A model generated the notes under the pieces. The model did not search any database. It was given only the letters and a program-made list of their open reading frames with translations, and had not been told where the DNA came from. Positions 40,990 to 49,762 of a stretch of 64,000 bases of DNA are shown one piece after another. Numbering within the stretch: position 1 is the stretch's first letter; every line of letters starts with the position of its first letter. The position numbers and the translations under genes were made by a program. Source of the DNA: Acutalibacteraceae bacterium (lineage in GTDB: Bacteria > Bacillota > Clostridia > Lachnospirales > Lachnospiraceae). Location: contig CAVABC010000005.1 in the NCBI GenBank assembly GCA_963586665.1, forward strand, positions 1,781-65,780, given 5' to 3'.

Positions 40990-43284
40990 CTAGAAACCGC
41001 TCATCGGATTAAAATCGAATGAAACGGATGCTTTTTTTGTTTTCTCATTATCTTTTACTTCTGTCTCCAAGCCATCTTTTATGGCTACTAAAGACGCATA
41101 TCGCGATGTTTTTATATATATTACCTTGCGGTAAATATCATTCACTTTTGAAATATTTGCATCAGCCGGTCCTATGAGCTGTACTCTTGAATCAGTGCGC
41201 TTTTGCTTAATCGTGCCAGTGCCATCCGGTATTTCTGCCTCACCGTCTTTTATTGCTCCAGCAATATCCGATGCCAATGTATAAACATACTCCGCTGTCT
41301 CAGCCGCTGCATTTTCATCCTCCGATGTGATATGGATAAGAAGCATATTCCAGACAGGCGGATAACGTAACATCTGTCTGTACTCTATCTCCTGCTCATA
41401 AAAAGCCTCATAGTCCTGCTCCTTTGCTGTCTTTATCACATAGCTGTCAGGATCATATGTCTGTATGACCACATTCCCCGGCACTTTTCCTCTTCCCGCG
41501 CGTCCTGCCGCCTGTGTAAGAAGTTGGAAAGTCCGCTCCGCTGCATGGAAATCATTCACATGCAGTGACATGTCCGCTGCCAGTACTCCGACAAGCGTAA
41601 CATTAGGAAAATCATGCCCTTTTACGATCATCTGGGTACCTATCAGTATATCCGCCTCATGATTGGCAAATGCCTGAAGTATCTTCTCATAAGAGTCTTT
41701 TGCCCTGGTAGTGTCGTAATCCATGCGCAGTATACGCGCATCAGGGAAACGTTTACTTACGATATTCTCTATCTTTTGTGTGCCTGCCTTGAAGCCGCTG
41801 ATATATTTAGAGCCGCAGCTCGGGCATACTTTCGGCACCGGCTGTGTGTATCCGCAGTAGTGGCAGACCATCCTGCCGTCATTGTGCTGACTGAGTGATA
41901 CATCGCAATGAGGACATTTTACCACAAAACCGCAAGCTCTGCACGACATAAAACCGGACATTCCTCTTCTGTTTAGAAAAAGCATGGTCTGCTGCCCTTT
42001 ATCAAGCCGCTCTTCCATGAGTTCCTGCAGCCTGACACTGAGAATGGACCTGTTTCCGTTTCTAAGTTCTTCCCGCAGATCCACCACCTCGCACTCAGGC
42101 AGCGGTCTGTCATCTATCCTGCTGTTTAGCTCTAAAAGCCTGTATTCTCCTGTCTTTGCCCTGTAGTAACTGTCAACAGATGGTGTAGCCGATCCGAGCA
42201 CTACAATGGCATCATTCATGCGGGCGTACTCTATAGCCACCTCTTTTGCATGATATCTCGGAACAGATTCACTCTTGTAGGAGTTCTCATGTTCCTCATC
42301 TATTATTATAAGTCCTAAATTTGAAAAAGGTGTGTATAGAGCTGATCTTGGTCCGATCATTATATCTATGTCACCTTTTTTGGCTCTCTGGAACTGGTCA
42401 TAGCGTTCTCCATTTGAAAGCCTTGAATTGATTATCGATACGCGGTTTCCAAATCTGGCGATAAACCGCATAACCGTCTGATAGGTAAGTGCAATTTCAG
42501 GGATAAGCACTATCGCCTGCCTTCCTGCCTCTATGCAGTGGGCGATAAGCTCCATGTAGACTTCCGTCTTTCCGCTTCCAGTGACTCCCTTTAGCAGATA
42601 GGTATGCCGTTCTCCTGCTTTCACCTCGGCATCTATCGTATCAACTACCTGCTGCTGCATGGGATTTAATACCTTGTCATAGGCTTTTGCGTTTAGGTTT
42701 TCCACAGGATTTCTGTATCCCGACTCAATTGCCACCTCGATAAATCCGCTTTTTTCGAGTGCCTTTATAGCTGCCGGTGAGACTGACAGCTTGCCTGTAG
42801 CAAACGAATACTCCAGGCTGCCGCCCTCATCTGTATCTATAAGGGCACGCAGCAGCCGCGCCTTTGCTTTTTGGTTTTTAGCCTCGCAAAGAGCGAGCTG
42901 CGCCCTTGCCTTTACCTTATCGATCTTAAGAAATATACTGCGGCTCACGAGCTCTTTTGCGGCTTTTTTGACCGGTATGACCGTCTTTAGAGCCTGATTC
43001 ATCGTGGAACCGTAGTTTTTGCGTATCCATGCAGCCAGCGCGATAAGTTTTGCCTCAACAGCCACGCTGCCCGGCTTTATCCCGATAAGCGGCTTGGTTT
43101 TTTCAGGATCAAACTCAGCCCGGTCAATCACCTCTATAACATAGCCTGTGATGATGCGGTTTCCAAACGGAATATCCACGCACACTCCCGAGCGGATGCT
43201 GTCTTCCAGTTCTTTTGGTATGCTGTACTGGAAGGTCTTATCAAGCTTTTCGTGGGATATATCAACAATCACGTTGGCATACAT
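40990..43284 (-). CDS. priA: Primosomal protein N' (replication restart helicase)
   Basis: GVTGSGKT, DEEH, double Zn finger, GTQMIVKGHDF. Confidence 0.96.
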   Translation of the reverse strand: MYANVIVDISHEKLDKTFQYSIPKELEDSIRSGVCVDIPFGNRIITGYVIEVIDRAEFDPEKTKPLIGIKPGSVAVEAKLIALAAWIRKNYGSTMNQALKTVIPVKKAAKELVSRSIFLKIDKVKARAQLALCEAKNQKAKARLLRALIDTDEGGSLEYSFATGKLSVSPAAIKALEKSGFIEVAIESGYRNPVENLNAKAYDKVLNPMQQQVVDTIDAEVKAGERHTYLLKGVTGSGKTEVYMELIAHCIEAGRQAIVLIPEIALTYQTVMRFIARFGNRVSIINSRLSNGERYDQFQRAKKGDIDIMIGPRSALYTPFSNLGLIIIDEEHENSYKSESVPRYHAKEVAIEYARMNDAIVVLGSATPSVDSYYRAKTGEYRLLELNSRIDDRPLPECEVVDLREELRNGNRSILSVRLQELMEERLDKGQQTMLFLNRRGMSGFMSCRACGFVVKCPHCDVSLSQHNDGRMVCHYCGYTQPVPKVCPSCGSKYISGFKAGTQKIENIVSKRFPDARILRMDYDTTRAKDSYEKILQAFANHEADILIGTQMIVKGHDFPNVTLVGVLAADMSLHVNDFHAAERTFQLLTQAAGRAGRGKVPGNVVIQTYDPDSYVIKTAKEQDYEAFYEQEIEYRQMLRYPPVWNMLLIHITSEDENAAAETAEYVYTLASDIAGAIKDGEAEIPDGTGTIKQKRTDSRVQLIGPADANISKVNDIYRKVIYIKTSRYASLVAIKDGLETEVKDNEKTKKASVSFDFNPMSGF

Positions 43285-43292
43285 ATCTGATA

Positions 43293-43724
43293 CTATTTCT
43301 CTCCTTCGTATTTCTCCTCACAGTATTTACATCTGTATACTTCATTTTTCTCATCTGAGAGTATGAAGATCTGGTCAAGCTCCTGCTCTATAGATGTAAT
43401 ACATCTTGGGTTCTTGCATTTGATGACATTTTTGACCTGACGAGGCAGTTTAAGCTCCATCTTGTCCACGATCTTGTCACCTTTTATCACGTTTACAGTG
43501 ATATTATGATCTATAAAGCCTAAAATGTCGAGGTCTAATGACTCTATTGGACACTCTACCTTTATGATGTCCTTTTTGCCCATTTTATTGCTCTTTGCAT
43601 TCTTGATGATGGCAACTGTGCAGTCTAACTGATCAAGCTTTAAATCTCTGTATATCTGAAGGCTCATACCTGCCTTGATGTGATCGAGTACAAATCCCTC
43701 ATGAATTCCGCTAATATTAAGCAT
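43293..43724 (-). CDS. pyrI: Aspartate carbamoyltransferase regulatory subunit
   Basis: VLDHI, GKKDIIK, CKNPRCI..CKYCE; start ATG 43724 after GGGAGG. Confidence 0.92.
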   Translation of the reverse strand: MLNISGIHEGFVLDHIKAGMSLQIYRDLKLDQLDCTVAIIKNAKSNKMGKKDIIKVECPIESLDLDILGFIDHNITVNVIKGDKIVDKMELKLPRQVKNVIKCKNPRCITSIEQELDQIFILSDEKNEVYRCKYCEEKYEGEK

Positions 43725-43829
43725 ATTGTCCTCCCTGTTTATGTACGCATTATGTACATTCATAGTGTAATCTGGTTACTGTTCCGGTAAATATTTCTGT
43801 ATTAGTACCGCGTTCAAAAATCAACTGGA

Positions 43830-44750
43830 CTAATCATCAGCAAGTCCTAAAAGTGTGAGGATCAGTGCCATACGCACATATACTCCGTACTGCGCCTGCT
43901 TGAAATAAGCAGCTCTTGGATCATCATCTACCTCGACAGATATCTCATTTACACGTGGGAGTGGATGAAGCACGAGCATATCATCCTTTGCAAGCTCCAT
44001 TTTCTTCTTGGTAAGTACATAGAAATCCTTCAGACGTACATAGTCCTCTTCATTGAAGAAACGCTCTCTTTGTACTCTTGTCATGTAAAGTACATCAAGC
44101 TCGCCCATGGCATCCTCAAGTTTTTCAACCTCTTTAAACTCTATGTTGTTGGCACTCAGCACATCATCGCGCACATAGTCTGGAACCTTAAGCTCCTCAG
44201 GTGAGATAAGTATAACCTTTACATTGTCATATCTGATGAGCGCGTTGATAAGAGAATGAACTGTTCGTCCAAACTTTAAATCTCCGCAAAAACCTATTGT
44301 TATGTTGTCTAATCTTCCTTTGAGGGAACGAATTGTAAGAAGATCCGTAAGTGTCTGTGTTGGATGCTGATGACCTCCATCACCTGCATTAATGACCGGA
44401 ATAAGTGATTTCTGTGATGCAACAAGAGGTGCACCTTCCTTTGGATGACGCATTGCGCATATATCTGCGTAGCATGATATAATTCTTATAGTGTCCGATA
44501 CACTCTCGCCTTTTGAAGCTGAGGATGAATCTGCACTGTGAAAGCCTAAGACTGAACCTCCGAGATTAAGCATCGCAGCCTCGAAGCTGAGACGGGTTCT
44601 GGTACTCGGCTCATAAAAACATGTTGCTAATTTCTTTCCATCGCACTTGTGTGCATACTTCTGTGGATTAGCCTCTATATCATTTGCAAGGTCTAGAAGC
44701 TTATCCAGTTCTTCTACTGAAAAATCCAACGGACTCATTAAGTGACGCAT
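43830..44750 (-). CDS. pyrB: Aspartate carbamoyltransferase catalytic subunit
   Basis: [18 protein letters not shown]. Confidence 0.97.
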   Translation of the reverse strand: MRHLMSPLDFSVEELDKLLDLANDIEANPQKYAHKCDGKKLATCFYEPSTRTRLSFEAAMLNLGGSVLGFHSADSSSASKGESVSDTIRIISCYADICAMRHPKEGAPLVASQKSLIPVINAGDGGHQHPTQTLTDLLTIRSLKGRLDNITIGFCGDLKFGRTVHSLINALIRYDNVKVILISPEELKVPDYVRDDVLSANNIEFKEVEKLEDAMGELDVLYMTRVQRERFFNEEDYVRLKDFYVLTKKKMELAKDDMLVLHPLPRVNEISVEVDDDPRAAYFKQAQYGVYVRMALILTLLGLADD

Positions 44751-44934
44751 AATTTGCCTCCATTCTTTTTACGCCTTTACGCATTTTTTCTATCATATAC
44801 TAATCGGGCACAATATTCAAGTTGGCTTTTATACTTTTTTATTGTAGAATAGAGGTAAATTATAACTGTTCAGAACCATTGCCGATCAAAGGTAAATTAT
44901 CACACAATTTTCTCATTAACATAACATGATTAAA

Positions 44935-44958
44935 GGGTCAAAATACCTTTTGACCCTC
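44935..44958. terminator. Hairpin downstream of the J-domain gene
   Basis: AGGGTCAAAA-tacc-TTTTGACCCT. Confidence 0.55.
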
Positions 44959-44980
44959 ATATCATAACATGCTGGATGTA

Positions 44981-45715
44981 CTAACAACAGAAAGGCATGA
45001 TCTGACAGCACAGAAATGTGGCAAGCAGACTACAGCAAGGATTACTCGTCCCACTCGGACGTCCATACATATCACCCATGTTGGAATACCATGATCCACC
45101 ATACTCAAGTGTCTGCTGGAACTGGCGGTACTGCATATTGTTTGGCTCAAGTGTAACCGCACGCTGTATGTGCTCTATTGCGGTAGCGGTGTTGCCGATC
45201 TTGTAGTTTGCGATAGCACTGTAATAGTACCACTGACCGCGTCTCTCTGAAAATGGTACTTCGTTTAACACTTTGAGTGCTTCGTTGTAGTAGCCATTGC
45301 TTATGAAATTGCCCGCAGCACGTACCTTTGGATTGTCATCCTGCGCTGAGCTATTGGCATTATTATATGTATAACGACCGTAAAAACCTCCAAACGGGCC
45401 GCCTGCACCGAACGGATCTCCATATCCTGTTCCACCATAGCTGCCAGTTCCACCGTAATTTCCATTTCCGCGGCCTGACGCACCCTGACTGCCGTATGAA
45501 CCACCGGCACCGTAGCTACCGCCCGACTGCTTTGCTTTCATGATCTGGTCATATGCCTGCTGTACCTGTTTGAACTTTTCCTCTGCCTGATCCTTGTTTG
45601 GATTGTTTATATTTGCATCAGGATGATATTTACGGCTAAGAGTCCTGTATGCCTTTTTTATCTCATCTTCTGTTGCACTGCGGCTTACACCCAGCACCTG
45701 ATATGGATCTGTCAT
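44981..45715 (-). CDS. J-domain protein with Gly-rich linker, TPR-like region and Cys-rich tail
   Basis: [14 protein letters not shown]-domain; [21 protein letters not shown]; ends CC..CC..CC. Confidence 0.88.
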   Translation of the reverse strand: MTDPYQVLGVSRSATEDEIKKAYRTLSRKYHPDANINNPNKDQAEEKFKQVQQAYDQIMKAKQSGGSYGAGGSYGSQGASGRGNGNYGGTGSYGGTGYGDPFGAGGPFGGFYGRYTYNNANSSAQDDNPKVRAAGNFISNGYYNEALKVLNEVPFSERRGQWYYYSAIANYKIGNTATAIEHIQRAVTLEPNNMQYRQFQQTLEYGGSWYSNMGDMYGRPSGTSNPCCSLLATFLCCQIMPFCC

Positions 45716-45735
45716 TTATCCGTCCTCTTGCAGCC

Positions 45736-46578
45736 TTAACTGCGTTTCTTTCTTTTTTTCATCTGAATATACTCGTACTTGCTCCACACTCCCGAGTACA
45801 GAACATTTCTGATTATATCCGCATGGAGCAGAATTGGCAACCTCTCAAATGTTTTTGCCGCCTCCGACAGCATGGATGTCATCATCATACCGCATACTCT
45901 ATCAAACTCTTCACTCTCGCACTTTGCGAGCTTTGTCAACGGATTGTATGAATTTTTCTTTATATCCTGCTCTATATCCTCATATGCATCCATGATATAA
46001 ATAAATTTTCCAAGGTAATATCCGAGATTTTTAAGCTCATGATACCACTCATCCTGCTTCCAGGCAAATACTTCTCCGAGCATATCACCGGTAAGACCTG
46101 ATACCACATCGATATTTGTCTCGTTTTTCTTCTCATAGGAAGCAAGCGTTTCTATATAATCTGCTATTGCTTTTGCCTGACGCGGATAAAGTGCCTTTGC
46201 CTTCTCAAAATCCTTTTTAAGAATTCCCGCAAATGTCTTTTTGGTGAAGCTTCTGTCATCGTTCCAGTCATCCACAAGATTATAGTATGCCAGAAGGATA
46301 TTCATGGCAGCGGCATAATCCGTGATCTCGCTTATGCGGAGCGTGCGCTTTTTGGTAGGATGCACAACGCAGACAAAATTGTCGCGTGTATCTCCCTCCG
46401 GCTCGTACAGCCCTGTAAGCAGGACTATGAGAAATGTCATATCATAGTTTAATGCCATCTGTGCCCTGCGTCCGTACTCTGACTTTATCTTCTGACATAG
46501 TCCGCAATAATAGCTTTGGTATATTTTTACATTTTCTTCGGATAATTCATCCTTATTTACATTTATATATCCAAACAT
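45736..46578 (-). CDS. DUF5685-family protein
   Basis: MFGY, YYCGLC, NYDMTFL, GKFIYIMDAYED, NVLYSGVW. Confidence 0.8.
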   Translation of the reverse strand: MFGYINVNKDELSEENVKIYQSYYCGLCQKIKSEYGRRAQMALNYDMTFLIVLLTGLYEPEGDTRDNFVCVVHPTKKRTLRISEITDYAAAMNILLAYYNLVDDWNDDRSFTKKTFAGILKKDFEKAKALYPRQAKAIADYIETLASYEKKNETNIDVVSGLTGDMLGEVFAWKQDEWYHELKNLGYYLGKFIYIMDAYEDIEQDIKKNSYNPLTKLAKCESEEFDRVCGMMMTSMLSEAAKTFERLPILLHADIIRNVLYSGVWSKYEYIQMKKRKKRS

Positions 46579-46654
46579 CCGTTTTCTCCAATTTCTATTA
46601 TAGCAGATGTAAATCTGGACAAATTATTGTATATATAATTCTGCCAACTCTTTA

Positions 46655-47050
46655 CTAACTGCGTCTTACAAATTCCTCCCTGCATTTCGGACATGTGATG
46701 CAGATTTTGCCGTGTCCTCTTGGAACTCTTACTTCCTGCTTGCACATAGGACATTTGAAGAATTTGTACTGTTTTCTCTGTGCAAAATGTTTTTTCTTGC
46801 GGTTCCACTTTACTGTCCAATCATATCTGAAATTTAAGAATTTCTGATTTTCCTCGTATCTCTTGCTGACGTTTTTGGAAAACATCCTGAAATACATATG
46901 CACCAGACCAGCTATTGCCAGCACATCCAGTATGAATGATCTGGTAAATATGGAAAGTACCAAAAGTATAAGTACTGCCCATGACTCAAATCTCGCCAGC
47001 TCATCGGCTCCGTTTCTTCCATTCATAAATCTTGCAAATTTTTCTCTCAT
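46655..47050 (-). CDS. Hypothetical membrane protein with C-terminal zinc ribbon
   Basis: Two TM helices; CPMC...CPKC. Confidence 0.8.
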   Translation of the reverse strand: MREKFARFMNGRNGADELARFESWAVLILLVLSIFTRSFILDVLAIAGLVHMYFRMFSKNVSKRYEENQKFLNFRYDWTVKWNRKKKHFAQRKQYKFFKCPMCKQEVRVPRGHGKICITCPKCREEFVRRS

Positions 47051-47336
47051 GCTATCGCCTCTTATCTTTTTTATTGCTTTTTGATGTTGCTTTTTTAGAT
47101 ACAGAGTTTCATATTACTTTATTGATGTTCCTTTTTGTACTGTTGTGACCATCGGATCTCTGCTGTTATTTTCTGACGTCATTTTTACTGTCATCCGATG
47201 CTGCCTTTAAAGTAATATAAAAGTGTATCATGCTATGTTATGTTTATAGCTTAGTCAAGTAAGCAATATGAGTCAATAGACCTATCGTCTTTTAAGAAAC
47301 ATTTTATATTTCGTTTATTAAAGTTACCAAAAAACC

Positions 47337-47365
47337 TTGATTTTTCGGTAAATGCTTGCTATATT
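47337..47365 (+). promoter_or_regulatory. rnpB promoter
   Basis: TTGATT-17bp-TATATT with TGn extended -10. Confidence 0.65.
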
Positions 47366-47375
47366 AGATAAATGT

Positions 47376-47712
47376 GCAGGACAAGTGATCGCGGCTGCAA
47401 GTGTCGAAAGACCGCAGGTGAGGAAAGTCCGGGCTTCATAGGGCAGGATGCCGGTTAACGGCCGGTGGAGGAAACTCTAAGGAAAGTGCAACAGAAATAT
47501 ACCGCCACTTTTTGTGGTAAGGGTGGAATGGCAGTGTAAGAGACTACCGCCTCGCTGGTAACAGGGAGGGCACATGTAAACCCCATTCGAAGCAAGACCG
47601 AAACAAAGCATTGACGTGGCCCGCCAGCTTTAGGTAGGTCGCTTGAGGCGTCTGGCAACAGGCGTCCTAGATAGATGATCACTCAACGACATAACCCGGC
47701 TTATCGTCCTGC
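47376..47712 (+). ncRNA. rnpB: RNase P RNA (bacterial, type A-like)
   Basis: GAGGAAAGTCCGGGCT, GAAAGTGCAACAGAAA, GGTAAGGGTG, AACCCGGCTTA; P1 ends GCAGGAC/GTCCTGC. Confidence 0.95.
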
Positions 47713-47729
47713 TGTTTTAATATTGCATC

Positions 47730-47767
47730 AAAAAACCTCCGGAGGCTTTAGGCTTCCGGAGGTTTTT
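47730..47767. terminator. Intrinsic terminator after rnpB
   Basis: AAAAACCTCCGGA...TCCGGAGGTTTTT. Confidence 0.9.
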
Positions 47768-47835
47768 CGTGTTGCTATTTTGGGTTACACTATATATACT
47801 CAAATCATACACCATTTTTGAAAGGAATATTTTTA

Positions 47836-48630
47836 ATGCGGCAATTTATTTTAAAACACTATAAGTTTATATTCATCGCAGTTGCTGTAATCTGTATAAC
47901 ATATATCGCTGGCGCCACGTATGTAAATGACTACTATCACGCTGATGCGGTCGCACAGGATGTATTAAATTCAGATGATGAAGTAACTGTAACTACCGAA
48001 AAGAAAGGGACTACTGTTCCCGTTACCGAAAGTGTTATTAAACGATACTCTAATCCAATTGTTTTTGCCCCCAATGATCCATCAAAAGCCAGTAAAGCAT
48101 TGATTTTCTATCCGGGCGGAAAAGTTGAGTACACAGCATATGCTCCACTGCTCCATGAATTAGCCAAAAATGATTACGTCTGCATTCTTGTCCATATGCC
48201 AGCCAATCTTGCAGTTTTAAATTCCAATGCAGCCGACGGTCTGATCGATAAATACCAAGCCAAATATCCTTCTATCAGCAAATGGTATATCGGAGGACAT
48301 TCTCTTGGTGGTGCTATGGCAGCTTCATATGCTTCAAAACACAGCAATGATTTTGCTGGTCTATATTTATTTGCAGCCTATTCCACTGTCGATCTTACCG
48401 ACTCGGGACTTGATGTATATTGCATATATGGCTCAAATGATAAAGTTCTTAATATGAATAAATATCAGAAATATAAAAGCAATCTGCCTTCCGATACCAA
48501 CGAATTCGTAATAGATGGTGGATGCCACTCTTATTTTGGAAGCTACGGAATGCAAAAAGGCGATGGGACACCTGACATTCCTGCTGATGAGCAGATTGAA
48601 GCAACTATTGATTTTCTAACATATAATTAA
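47836..48630 (+). CDS. Membrane-anchored alpha/beta hydrolase
   Basis: FYPGG, GGHSLGG nucleophile elbow, GGCHSYFG; start taken as ATG 47836. Confidence 0.88.
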   Translation: MRQFILKHYKFIFIAVAVICITYIAGATYVNDYYHADAVAQDVLNSDDEVTVTTEKKGTTVPVTESVIKRYSNPIVFAPNDPSKASKALIFYPGGKVEYTAYAPLLHELAKNDYVCILVHMPANLAVLNSNAADGLIDKYQAKYPSISKWYIGGHSLGGAMAASYASKHSNDFAGLYLFAAYSTVDLTDSGLDVYCIYGSNDKVLNMNKYQKYKSNLPSDTNEFVIDGGCHSYFGSYGMQKGDGTPDIPADEQIEATIDFLTYN

Positions 48631-49137
48631 TCAGATCAAATAAGTATCTATCATCAAATCTATCACATATGTGTCCAGCGGAGCCTCCGCTGACTCATAT
48701 GTGAATATAATATCTTCCCCATATTTATAACCATTTCTTGTATATGTATTTATCTTTTTTATCGCGCTTTTACAGTATTCGCTGTTACTCATCATCCCCA
48801 TGTGCTCCCAGTAGATTTCCTTCCGCTTTGCCTTATTCAGATAGCTATCTATTACTTTAATTTCCTTTTTAATCTCAGCAAGCATTGACTCGTCATAATC
48901 TCTTTGAGCAATCCTATTTGCAAGTGTGATATTTTCCTTTTTCAGATAATGCCCCTGCGGATGCGCCCCTCCATCACTCTTATTTTTCACATAATACTGT
49001 GTTCTTCCCGAATTATTGGTTACAACACGTAAAAACCCTTCCGGTGCATCCCTCAAACCACCCTCTACCTGCAGTTGTAATCCCTCCAATAATCTTTTGT
49101 GCTCTAGCAGCTCCATTTCCACTGTTCTTTTGTCCAT
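48631..49137 (-). pseudogene. Putative PD-(D/E)xK-like nuclease family gene with apparent in-frame internal deletion
   Basis: Has N-terminal APEG.LR..QYY..AQRDY and C-terminal RKEIYWEH.GMM..EY..AI.KI..Y..NG motifs but lacks the central VRSKSE...YPDF block recalled for longer homologues. Confidence 0.55.
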
Positions 49138-49200
49138 ACTTTCCTTCTCCTTCTTATTTTTTAAAATTTTATTTATATGTATACCAATTTTTATTTGTCA

Positions 49201-49608
49201 GGCATACTTTTTCCACTATTTTGTTGTGTAGTATGCCTGATTTTAGCTCTTTCGGCATACTTTTCAGCTATTTTTGTTCTCCAGTATGCCCGATTTCGGT
49301 TCTTCCGGCATACTTTTCAGCTATTTTTATTCTCCAGTATGCTCGATTTTGGCTTTTTCGGCATACTTTTCAGCTATTTTTATTCTCCAGTATGCTCGAT
49401 TTTGGCTTTTTCGGCATACTTTTCAGCTATTTTTATTCTCCAGTATGCTCGATTTTGGCTTTTTCGGCATACTTTTCAGCTATTTTTATTCTCCAGTATG
49501 CTCGATTTTGGCTTTTTCGGCATACTTTTCAGCTATTTTTGTTCTCCAGTATGCCCGGCACTGGCTTTTTCGGCATACTTTTAGGCTATTTTTGCTCTCT
49601 AGTATGCC
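49201..49608. repeat. Tandem array of eight 53-bp units, each with an internal inverted repeat
   Basis: GGCATACT starts at 49201, 49254, 49307, 49360, 49413, 49466, 49519, 49572; unit = GGCATACT-N21-AGTATGC(C/T)-N16. Confidence 0.95.
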
Positions 49609-49676
49609 CTAGCCATCTTATACTCTTTTTTAACGGAACTTATTGGAAGAAACTTCCAATTTAAGAAGTAATTTCC

Positions 49677-49706
49677 GGCAGGAACTGCCCAAAAGCAGTT
49701 CCCGCC
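49677..49706. terminator. GC-rich hairpin downstream of the nucleoside kinase
   Basis: GGCAGGAACTGC-ccaaaa-GCAGTTCCCGCC; U-tract weak. Confidence 0.5.
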
Positions 49707-49762
49707 TTCTATACACATCAACTTTGTATACAAACCCTATATAACAATTTTTTACATAAGTT

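Noticed and set aside
44751..44930. PyrR attenuator upstream of pyrB
   Set aside because: No PyrR-binding loop motif or terminator/antiterminator found
47455..47682. 75-aa minus-strand ORF
   Set aside because: Antisense to RNase P RNA
49201..49608. CRISPR array
   Set aside because: Inter-arm segments are near-identical rather than unique spacers, and no cas genes are in the window
48999..49664. Plus-strand ORFs of 221, 135 and 112 aa
   Set aside because: Repetitive translations of the stop-poor 53-bp array; no RBS
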